The notes under the pieces are model-generated. The model was given only the letters and a program-made list of their open reading frames with translations. It did no database searches and was not told the origin of the DNA. Shown piece after piece: positions 56,479-64,000 of a DNA stretch of 64,000 nucleotides; positions within the stretch are counted from its first letter, which is position 1, and each line of letters opens with the position of its first letter. Source of the stretch: Candidatus Gastranaerophilales bacterium (lineage in GTDB: Bacteria; Cyanobacteriota; Vampirovibrionia; Gastranaerophilales; Gastranaerophilaceae); assembly GCA_944326615.1 (NCBI GenBank), contig CALVEO010000005.1, positions 294 to 64,293 on the forward strand, given 5' to 3'. A program made the position numbers and the translations under genes.

Positions 56479-57177
56479 TTACATTTTAGTATCAAATTTT
56501 TTCATTTGAGAAGGCACCTGTTTTGCTTTGTCAACATATTTCTGGTTTCGTCTGACAACAGAAGGGTTATTAATATCTTTCGGGCGGCGTATAAGAGTGT
56601 AGACTTGTCCGCCGGTTAATTTTTTACCTGTAAGGCCTTTTTCTTCTATGCGGAATTTTAAATATGCTTCGGAATATTTTATTTGTTTTTCGCGCGGCAG
56701 TTTAGTGTATTGTTCATATGTGCATTTTTTATCAACATTAATACTGTCAAAACTCATTTTATCCATTTGGATTAAGCCTGTATATTTTCCGCTGCTGCTT
56801 TTTAACTGCGGATCAAAATGAGATTCCCTGTATATGATTGCCGCAAGATCATCAGGGCGGCAATTTATCCTTTTCGCTGTTTTTGTTATTTCATCAAAAA
56901 ATTTCAAAGATATATTCGGGTCAATTTTTATTTTATTCTGATCGACTTCTGCTTCTTTTTCCATTACAAGCTTCCAGTCTTTATGCAGTTTTTTAGCTTC
57001 AGTAGAAACATTTGCAGATGAAGAATTTGTTTTAACTTTTTTAGAATTATTCCAGACGCTGTTTTTCATCCATTCGGGGTTGTTAATCTGTTTCAAATTA
57101 TTCAGTAACATTTTGGAATAATCAGTTTGCGGGGCTTTCATCGGCGGCCGCCAGTTGATATTTTTTTCATCACTCAT
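56479..57177 (-). CDS. Lytic transglycosylase (SLT)-like domain protein without a signal peptide
   Basis: DLAAIIYRESHFDP...YTGLIQM, the lysozyme-fold E-S and GLxQ motifs. Confidence 0.65.
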   Translation of the reverse strand: MSDEKNINWRPPMKAPQTDYSKMLLNNLKQINNPEWMKNSVWNNSKKVKTNSSSANVSTEAKKLHKDWKLVMEKEAEVDQNKIKIDPNISLKFFDEITKTAKRINCRPDDLAAIIYRESHFDPQLKSSSGKYTGLIQMDKMSFDSINVDKKCTYEQYTKLPREKQIKYSEAYLKFRIEEKGLTGKKLTGGQVYTLIRRPKDINNPSVVRRNQKYVDKAKQVPSQMKKFDTKM

Positions 57178-57247
57178 ACAATTAACCTTTCATACGTATG
57201 ATATTACGGATAAAAAGCTGGAAATCTTCAGTAAATATTAAAATTTG

Positions 57248-58156
57248 TTACAATTTAATATTTTTCCCTAATTCAAGAACAGTATTAATATCTTGTTCCG
57301 GAGATTTTCCGGCAGTCGTGAGATAATTTCCTGTCATAATACCTTCAATACATGTTTTGAGAGCTTTTTTCTGGTTATCTTCCGATAATCGCATTCTTCC
57401 GCCGCAAAGCCGCAGGATTGAATTAGGATTTGCTATTTTGAAAATTGCAAGAGTTCTTAATATATTTTCTTCATCTATTTTGTCGTAATAATTTTCAAAA
57501 GGCGTTTCAACAATTGGCATCAAAATATTTATCGGGATTGAATCGGGCTGAATATCTCTGAGTTCAAGCGCCATTTCAATTCTCTGTTCAACTGTTTCGC
57601 CCATGCCAAGTATAACTCCGCAGCATAATTCCATTCCGTATTTTTTTACAAGCCTGCAGGTGTTAAATCTGTCGTTCCAGCTATGTGTTGTACAAATTTC
57701 AGGGTAATACGATTTTGATGTGTTAATATTGTGATGAAATCTTTTTAAGCCTCTTTCGGCAAGCTTTTTTGCCTGTTGTTCATTTAAAATACCGATTGAA
57801 GCGCAGCTTTTAAGTCCTTTTATTTTGTTTACTTCATCAATCATTTCAAGAATTTTATCGAAATCGCTTTCATCCGGAGTTTTGCCGGATGTTACTATTG
57901 CAAACCTTGACGCTTTATGTGATTTTGCTTCAAGTGCGGATGTTCTGACTTTTTCAATATCAACAAGCGGATATGATTCTATATGTGTTCTGTAATACGA
58001 ACTCTGGGCGCAATATTTACAGTTCTGCGAGCATTTTCCGCTGCGTGCGTTTATAAGAGAGCAAAATTCCACATCATTTTTTATGAATTCCGATGAAATT
58101 TTCAAAAGTTTATCAAGTTCCAGATTATATAATCTTAAAAGTCCGGCTTTATCCAT
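57248..58156 (-). CDS. bioB: Biotin synthase
   Basis: INARSGKCSQNCKYCAQS, HHNINTS, CCGVILGMGET, SIPINIL, GNYLTT. Confidence 0.95.
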   Translation of the reverse strand: MDKAGLLRLYNLELDKLLKISSEFIKNDVEFCSLINARSGKCSQNCKYCAQSSYYRTHIESYPLVDIEKVRTSALEAKSHKASRFAIVTSGKTPDESDFDKILEMIDEVNKIKGLKSCASIGILNEQQAKKLAERGLKRFHHNINTSKSYYPEICTTHSWNDRFNTCRLVKKYGMELCCGVILGMGETVEQRIEMALELRDIQPDSIPINILMPIVETPFENYYDKIDEENILRTLAIFKIANPNSILRLCGGRMRLSEDNQKKALKTCIEGIMTGNYLTTAGKSPEQDINTVLELGKNIKL

Positions 58157-58237
58157 AAATTCTCCAAAGTTAATAATATAACCTTAATTGACTAAAGTCA
58201 AATCCTATGTTAAAATTGGCTCACAAAGGAGTATGCG

Positions 58238-58858
58238 ATGTTTTGTCCGAATTGCGGAAAACAGGTTAAAAATAAAGATAATTTTTGCAGATACTGCGGA
58301 GCTGATTTGAGAGCAGAAGAAGGGAATAAACAACAAAAATTTTCTGATGAGGAATATGTTATACATAATTATAATGAGAATCAAAAGCAGTATAAACTTC
58401 CCCCGGAAAACAGCGAGGAACTTGTTTTGTACGATGTGAAAAAACACTGGATGTCTCTTTTTTGGCCTGTATTTTTGACTCCTGTATTTTTTATATACTT
58501 CTGGTTTATTTTTTTGAATACGCACAGTATTTTTAGCTGGATAATTGTGATGCTGATTTTAATTCCGATTATTTATCCTATTCTGCGTTATAATTCTGAC
58601 AAAATTATAATAACAACAAAATTTGTTCATATAAAAATAGGTGTATTAAATGCTGTAGAAATAGATGTTCCAATTTCAAAAGCCGATATGCTTGATTTAT
58701 CTCAATCAACAATGGGTAAAATATTGAATTACGGAACACTTACTTTTAACCAGAATTCTGAAAGATTTGATTACAGTTATATTAAAGATCCCCAAGATTT
58801 AGAATATATTATGGAAAATCCTGCAAGATTTGTTTGTGAATCGCTTGGAGAAGAATAG
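58238..58858 (+). CDS. Zinc-ribbon + TM + bacterial PH-domain membrane protein
   Basis: CPNCG...FCRYCG; two TM helices; QSTMGKILNYGTL; RBS AAGGAG. Confidence 0.8.
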   Translation: MFCPNCGKQVKNKDNFCRYCGADLRAEEGNKQQKFSDEEYVIHNYNENQKQYKLPPENSEELVLYDVKKHWMSLFWPVFLTPVFFIYFWFIFLNTHSIFSWIIVMLILIPIIYPILRYNSDKIIITTKFVHIKIGVLNAVEIDVPISKADMLDLSQSTMGKILNYGTLTFNQNSERFDYSYIKDPQDLEYIMENPARFVCESLGEE

Positions 58859-58898
58859 CAGGTTTATAGCATAATCATTTATATAATTTATTTGTGTT

Positions 58899-59759
58899 CT
58901 ATGTTTTATTTATAGAAAAATAGACTTCTTTAAGACGTTTTTTGCTTATGTGTGTGTAAAGCTGGGTTGTTGACACATTGCTGTGGCCCAAAAGTTCCTG
59001 TACAACTCTTAAATCGGCTCCGTTTTCAAGAAGGTGTGTGGCAAATGTATGTCTTAAAGTGTGCGGTGATATTGATTTATGAAGTTTTTTGCCCTGTTCG
59101 TGAATAAATGTATAGACTTCCTGACGGGTAACATGTTTGCCATGTTCGTTAATCAAAAGGAATTTTGATTGAATATTATATTTTTGCATATTGTAATCAC
59201 GCTCCGGCAGGAATTCTTTTATTGCTTTAATTGCTTTCTTCCCCATGGGAACAATTCTGTCTTTTGAACCTTTTCCCGTACATTCAAGAAATTTAGAGTT
59301 AAGGTCGTAATCATTTGTTTTCAGGTTTACAAGTTCTGATACACGCAAGCCGCATCCGTACAAAAGTTCAGCTATTACTCTTTGCAGATTAGTCAAATTT
59401 TGGTTTAAAAGAATGTTAACTTCTTCAATAGTCATAACTTTCGGGAGTTTTTGCGGGATTTTAGGCTGTTCAAGTGTAATAGCAGGATTGTCTTTGATTA
59501 TGCCGTTTGAGTTTGCCCATTTAAAGAAACCGCGCAGAGAGGCAGTTTTTCTCATAATGCTTGTTGGTGAATAGTGTTTTTCATGAAGATTTCTAATATA
59601 TGAATTTATTCCGGTTCTTTGTATTTTGTCAATATCTGTATCTGAACAAAAGTCGAAAAATGCATTCAAATCTGTTCTGTAGGCGTCCAGCGTATTTTCT
59701 GCAAGACCTTTTTCTATTTCCAGAAATTCCAGATATTCGGATAAAATTTGTGTATTCAT
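58899..59759 (-). CDS. xerD: Tyrosine recombinase XerD
   Basis: EKGLAENTLDAYRTDL, ELLYGCGLRVSEL, GKGSKDRIVP, SPHTLRHTFATHLLENGADLRVVQELLGH. Confidence 0.88.
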   Translation of the reverse strand: MNTQILSEYLEFLEIEKGLAENTLDAYRTDLNAFFDFCSDTDIDKIQRTGINSYIRNLHEKHYSPTSIMRKTASLRGFFKWANSNGIIKDNPAITLEQPKIPQKLPKVMTIEEVNILLNQNLTNLQRVIAELLYGCGLRVSELVNLKTNDYDLNSKFLECTGKGSKDRIVPMGKKAIKAIKEFLPERDYNMQKYNIQSKFLLINEHGKHVTRQEVYTFIHEQGKKLHKSISPHTLRHTFATHLLENGADLRVVQELLGHSNVSTTQLYTHISKKRLKEVYFSINKT

Positions 59760-59870
59760 ATCCTGATTTTACTACATATTTAGTTTAATGACATTCAGCG
59801 TTTATATGATATAATAAGAATGAACAAAAATTTAACTTTTGTCGTTGTATAAACGTAGAAGGAGAAAAAA

Positions 59871-60353
59871 ATGAAAAAAGTATTATCAATAATAGCAGTG
59901 TTTGTAATGTTTTTAGCTGCTGGTCTGCAGGCGTTTGCAGATGATTCCCAGGAGGCTTTAAAATTTTTCAACAGCTACGTAACTGCTGCAAACTCTTATA
60001 ACCCTGTAATTACCACTATGTATTCGCCTAATGCTAAAATAATAAGGCAGGTTGTAAAACCTGACGGCGGACTTGTTAATGTTGACACAAATACAGCAAC
60101 TTATATCAAGCAGATGAAAATTGGTCAGGCAGGCGCTAAAATGAGAGGGTATAAAAATACATATTCAAACATCTCTGTAGCATCGCTGGGCAACGGTGCA
60201 TATAAGGTAAGCTCTTTGAGACAGCCTAAGGGTGAAACTTATAAACTTAAAACTTATATGATAGTTAAAAAAATTAACGGAAAATGGCAGATAACAGAAG
60301 AATTAATGCAGACAAAGGAACAAATATTCCTTAAATATGCAAACAAAAAATAG
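59871..60353 (+). CDS. Secreted hypothetical protein (NTF2-like fold possible)
   Basis: Signal peptide; ends IVKKINGKWQITEE; RBS AGGAG. Confidence 0.7.
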   Translation: MKKVLSIIAVFVMFLAAGLQAFADDSQEALKFFNSYVTAANSYNPVITTMYSPNAKIIRQVVKPDGGLVNVDTNTATYIKQMKIGQAGAKMRGYKNTYSNISVASLGNGAYKVSSLRQPKGETYKLKTYMIVKKINGKWQITEELMQTKEQIFLKYANKK

Positions 60354-60357
60354 GATT

Positions 60358-61422
60358 ATGCTAGATAAATTCAGATTTTTAACTGCGGGAGAAAGCCATG
60401 GAAAATGCTTGACCGCAATAATAGAAGGAATTCCTGCGGGGTTTGAAATAAACCCCGATTTTATCAATAATGAACTAAAACGACGTCAGGGAGGCTACGG
60501 CCGCGGCGGGAGAATGAAAATTGAAACAGATACTGTTGAAATTACATCCGGCGTGCGTTTTGGAAAAACTCTGGGGTCTCCCGTTACTCTTGTAATTCAA
60601 AACAGAGATTTTGAAAACTGGCAGCAAATTATGAGTACAGCCCCTGAGGATTTTACTAATGAAAAGTCGTTCACAAAATACCGCCCCGGGCATGCAGATT
60701 TTGCCGGAAGTGTTAAATATAACCAGACAGATTTGAGAAATATTCTGGAACGCTCCAGTGCAAGAAAAACTGCAATAGAAGTCGCTGTCGGTGCTGTTGC
60801 AAAACAAATTCTTGCTCCGTTTGGCATAACCTGTTCATCAAGAATTATACAGATAGGACATGGAAGAACAGAAGATGAATTCCACTCAGAAATTGATAAG
60901 GCTAAGGAAGCAGGCGATACTTTGGGCGGAAAATTTGAAGTAATTTATCAAAATCTGCCGGTAGGGCTCGGCTCTTATGTTCACTGGGACAGAATGCTGG
61001 ATGGTAAAATTGCGCAGGCTGTAATGAGTATTCCTGCTGTCAAATCTGTTTCTATCGGAAATCACCACGCTTATAAGATGTTTGGCAGTGAGTTTCACGA
61101 TCAAATGTATCTTGAAAACGGTAAAATAATCAGAAAAACCAATAATGCAGGCGGGATAGAAGGCGGGATGACAAATGGTGAACCTGTTGTAGTTACTGCT
61201 GTTATGAAACCTATTCCGACGCTCAGAAAACCTTTAAATACCGTTGATATGCAGAATATTACAGAATGTGAGGCTCATTTTGAACGCTCTGATACATGTG
61301 CTGTTGAAGCTTGTTCCATTGTTGCAGAAAACAGAATAGCATGTGTTCTGGCTGATGAATTTTTGTTGAAATTCGGCGGAGACAATTTTCAGGAAATTGT
61401 CAGTTCAGTTAATTATAAATGA
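60358..61422 (+). CDS. aroC: Chorismate synthase
   Basis: FLTAGESHG, RPGHAD, ERSSARKTA, NNAGGIEGGMTNG, MKPIPT, ERSD. Start taken at MLDKF. Confidence 0.97.
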   Translation: MLDKFRFLTAGESHGKCLTAIIEGIPAGFEINPDFINNELKRRQGGYGRGGRMKIETDTVEITSGVRFGKTLGSPVTLVIQNRDFENWQQIMSTAPEDFTNEKSFTKYRPGHADFAGSVKYNQTDLRNILERSSARKTAIEVAVGAVAKQILAPFGITCSSRIIQIGHGRTEDEFHSEIDKAKEAGDTLGGKFEVIYQNLPVGLGSYVHWDRMLDGKIAQAVMSIPAVKSVSIGNHHAYKMFGSEFHDQMYLENGKIIRKTNNAGGIEGGMTNGEPVVVTAVMKPIPTLRKPLNTVDMQNITECEAHFERSDTCAVEACSIVAENRIACVLADEFLLKFGGDNFQEIVSSVNYK

Positions 61423-61516
61423 GCAGAAATTGCATTGTGAATGATAAATATTCTTTATAAAAAATTTTTATGCTAATATATTTATACTGTTTTGATAATT
61501 TGAGAGGGATAATTTA

Positions 61517-62893
61517 ATGTCAGTCATCATAATGATTTTACTTATAGGACTTTTAATCCTTGTCCATGAATTAGGGCATCTTGGCGCTGCATTACTTTTT
61601 AAAGTAAAAGTTGATAAATTCGGCATAGGTCTGCCTATAGGACCTACATTATGGGAAAAAAAGGTAGGCAATATAACGCTTATTGTTCATGCTTTTTTAT
61701 TCGGCGGTTATGTGTCATTTCCTGATGACGACAAAGAATCAGATATTCCGCAAAATTCTCCTGACAGATTAATGAACAAACCTGTATGGCAAAGAGCTGT
61801 AATTTTTTCGGCAGGTGTTATAGCAAATGTTATTTGTGCTTATGTTCTTGTTCTTTTGACTGCTGCAATGTGGCATAATATGCCTTCCGGAAAGTTTGAC
61901 AATTATGTAAATGATATTGTTGCCCCGAAAGAAGCCAGCGTATGGCTGTCCGGAATGAAAAAAGGCGATAAAATTATTGAAATTAACGGAACAAAGGTTA
62001 ATACAAAATACGGTATAAATCTTTATGCAATGTACAGTGCATCATTTGACGGCAAGACAAATGAAGAAATTGTTCAGAAAAATTATGAAAATTTGAAAGC
62101 AATTAATCCGGCATTTAAAGAAAATGAAGTTATACCGTCAGGTTTAGTGGTTAAAATTCCTGATAATCTCCAAAAAGAAGGGAAAATTATATTAAGCTCT
62201 AATGTTCTTAATGCAGTAGAATTATTCAAACCTGATGAAGTAAAGCTGTCAGACAGGCAGATAAAATTGAGAGATGAAGTTAAAGGCAAGAGTTTTGTAG
62301 AAAGTGACGGCACATATTCTTTAAAAGATATGGCATTTGCTCTTTCAGATACTCAAAGACCTCTTAATATAAAAGTTTTGAGAGACGGTAAGACAATTGA
62401 TTTAAAACCTGTATATTCTGACAAAGACGGGCTTATCGGAATTACTCTTGAAAGAAAAGAAATCCTTATACCTGTTACCGGTGTAAAATCCGCATTTGTA
62501 ACAAGTTATAACTATCTTTATAATGAAACAAAATCAATGTTGATTGTTTTGAAACAGTTATTTACGGGAAAAATTCCGCTCAAGAATATGCATGGCGTTG
62601 TACTCATTACAAAAATGGGCGGTGATATTATAAGCAGTGAAGGTATCTTTTATGGAATATTGCTTACAGCAGTTATATCAATGAATCTGGCTATTTTGAA
62701 TATATTGCCTATACCCGCATTGGACGGGGGGCATTTGCTTTTCCTTCTGATTGAAAAAATTCAGGGCAAACCTGTTGATGAAGAAATTGCAAACAAAATT
62801 ATGACAGTATTTTTCTCACTGTTAATACTGCTTTTAATATTTGTTTTATTAAATGATATTTACGTACTTGTAAAACCGTATTTTATTAAATAG
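61517..62893 (+). CDS. rseP: RseP/M50 intramembrane metalloprotease with PDZ domain
   Basis: HELGH, GGYVSF, AGVIAN, NILPIPALDGG. Confidence 0.93.
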   Translation: MSVIIMILLIGLLILVHELGHLGAALLFKVKVDKFGIGLPIGPTLWEKKVGNITLIVHAFLFGGYVSFPDDDKESDIPQNSPDRLMNKPVWQRAVIFSAGVIANVICAYVLVLLTAAMWHNMPSGKFDNYVNDIVAPKEASVWLSGMKKGDKIIEINGTKVNTKYGINLYAMYSASFDGKTNEEIVQKNYENLKAINPAFKENEVIPSGLVVKIPDNLQKEGKIILSSNVLNAVELFKPDEVKLSDRQIKLRDEVKGKSFVESDGTYSLKDMAFALSDTQRPLNIKVLRDGKTIDLKPVYSDKDGLIGITLERKEILIPVTGVKSAFVTSYNYLYNETKSMLIVLKQLFTGKIPLKNMHGVVLITKMGGDIISSEGIFYGILLTAVISMNLAILNILPIPALDGGHLLFLLIEKIQGKPVDEEIANKIMTVFFSLLILLLIFVLLNDIYVLVKPYFIK

Positions 62894-62920
62894 TTCTGAT
62901 GTAAGACACATCAGAACTAT
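62890..62920. terminator. Hairpin terminator between convergent rseP and metG
   Basis: Perfect 13-bp stem ATAGTTCTGATGT-AAGAC-ACATCAGAACTAT. Confidence 0.85.
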
Positions 62921-62952
62921 TTTATCTGGTTTAAGCTTAAAACAATATATTA

Positions 62953-63999
62953 TTAAGATTTTTTAGCTGATTTATCGGCAAATTCTGAATCAAGTCTTAA
63001 AAATACAGGTTTGATATCTTCTTTTGATATTAATTTTCCGCATTTAATATTGTCTGTTTTCAAGTCATCAAGTTTTGTATTCAAATCAAATGATAATTGT
63101 TTTGCCATATCAGAAGCAATATTCGGACAGTATGGATAAATCAAAGATGCGATAATGCACATTATATCAAGAACATTAACAAGCACCTGTCCGCATTCTG
63201 TCATTTTGCCTTCTTTTGCCAGCGACCAGGGGGCGGTGTCTTGGACATATTTATTTGCGGCATCAACAAGTGAAGTTATCTCAAGTCCTGCTTCTGCTAT
63301 TTCAAAGTTATCAAAATGATTTTTGACTATTTGAACAGTTCCAAGAGCTTTTTTTGCTAAAGGATTTTCGCTCTTAAATTCCTCTTTAACTTCGCCGTCA
63401 AAATATTTTACAAGCATTGAAAGAGTTCTGTTTAAAAGGTTTCCCATGCTGTTTGCAAGATGTGCGTTAACTTTTTCTTTAAAATCGTCGTCGGAATAAT
63501 TTCCGTCGCGTCCGCATGGTGCTGATGTTGCCATATAGTATCTGAAAGCATCAGGATGTTCAAGATTAAAGCTTTCAAGAACTGATGTCGGAGATATTAC
63601 GTTTCCGAGGGATTTTGACATTTTAGATTCATCAATTGTAATCCAGCCATGGGCAAAAATGTGTTTTGGCAGCGGCAGATCAAGCGCAAGCAAAAATGCA
63701 GGCCAGTATATGCTGTGGAATTTCAAAATATCTTTTCCGATAACATGAACATCTGCCGGCCAGTATTTTTTGAAGTTTTCCGAGGGATTTTCCGTATCGT
63801 ATCCGAGTGCTGTAATGTAGTTTGAAAGCGCATCAATCCAAACATAAATAGACTGCTCATCATCTGAGAGAACATCAATTCCCCATTTTACATTTGTTTT
63901 TGCGCGTGAAACAGAGATGTCCTGAATATCTTCAAGCTGATTTATGACTTCATTTGCTCTGAATTCGGGAACAATAAAATCAGGATGTTCTTTAATATG
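62953..63999 (-). CDS. metG: Methionyl-tRNA synthetase (5' part outside window; short form without C-terminal Trbp111 domain)
   Basis: Frame is open to the window edge: DISVSR...WGI, IYVWIDALSNY, HVIGKDILKFH, KMSKSLGN. Confidence 0.96.
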   Translation of the reverse strand, partial: HIKEHPDFIVPEFRANEVINQLEDIQDISVSRAKTNVKWGIDVLSDDEQSIYVWIDALSNYITALGYDTENPSENFKKYWPADVHVIGKDILKFHSIYWPAFLLALDLPLPKHIFAHGWITIDESKMSKSLGNVISPTSVLESFNLEHPDAFRYYMATSAPCGRDGNYSDDDFKEKVNAHLANSMGNLLNRTLSMLVKYFDGEVKEEFKSENPLAKKALGTVQIVKNHFDNFEIAEAGLEITSLVDAANKYVQDTAPWSLAKEGKMTECGQVLVNVLDIMCIIASLIYPYCPNIASDMAKQLSFDLNTKLDDLKTDNIKCGKLISKEDIKPVFLRLDSEFADKSAKKS

Positions 64000-64000
64000 T

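Noticed and set aside
58165-58195. AGTTAAT-N12-ATTGACT upstream of bioB as a BirA operator
   Set aside because: The half-sites are imperfect, the spacer is shorter than in known BirA sites, and such a match is likely by chance in AT-rich DNA.
58205-58525. 106-aa minus-strand ORF upstream of bioB
   Set aside because: Antisense to the zinc-ribbon/PH gene, which has clear motifs and an RBS.

Overview
AT-rich chromosomal window, most consistent with a non-photosynthetic cyanobacterial relative (Vampirovibrionia/Melainabacteria, Gastranaerophilales-like). This is inferred from the prepilin-type proteins, a cyanobacterial-style RpaA-like regulator and RseP, and many signal-less hypothetical proteins. 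It is mostly core genes (hom, thrC, tdk, xerC, xerD, recJ, lepA, tadA, dnaN, prmC, bioB, aroC, rseP, partial metG, engB, mini-RNase III, tRNA-Met) mixed with envelope and c-di-GMP signalling genes. I see no CRISPR array, prophage or IS transposase. Four things stand out. (1) A DUF559 (Vsr-like) endonuclease gene is bracketed by ~77-bp inverted palindromic repeats and sits antisense between hom and thrC. Related solo palindromes and composite repeat modules occur in at least four other intergenic regions, and possibly as an in-frame insertion in a response regulator. This looks like a REP/RAYT-like system with a different enzyme. (2) A type IV prepilin is fused to YadA-like head repeats and a Peptidase S74 autocleaving chaperone. 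(3) A candidate oriC upstream of dnaN is built from phased non-canonical TTTTCTACA boxes. (4) Several unusual proteins: a subtilase-like protein with Cys at the catalytic Ser position, a membrane-anchored GHKL ATPase with an HExxH motif, and a Cys-rich SLH protein. All family assignments come from motif recognition by eye; no database searches were run.
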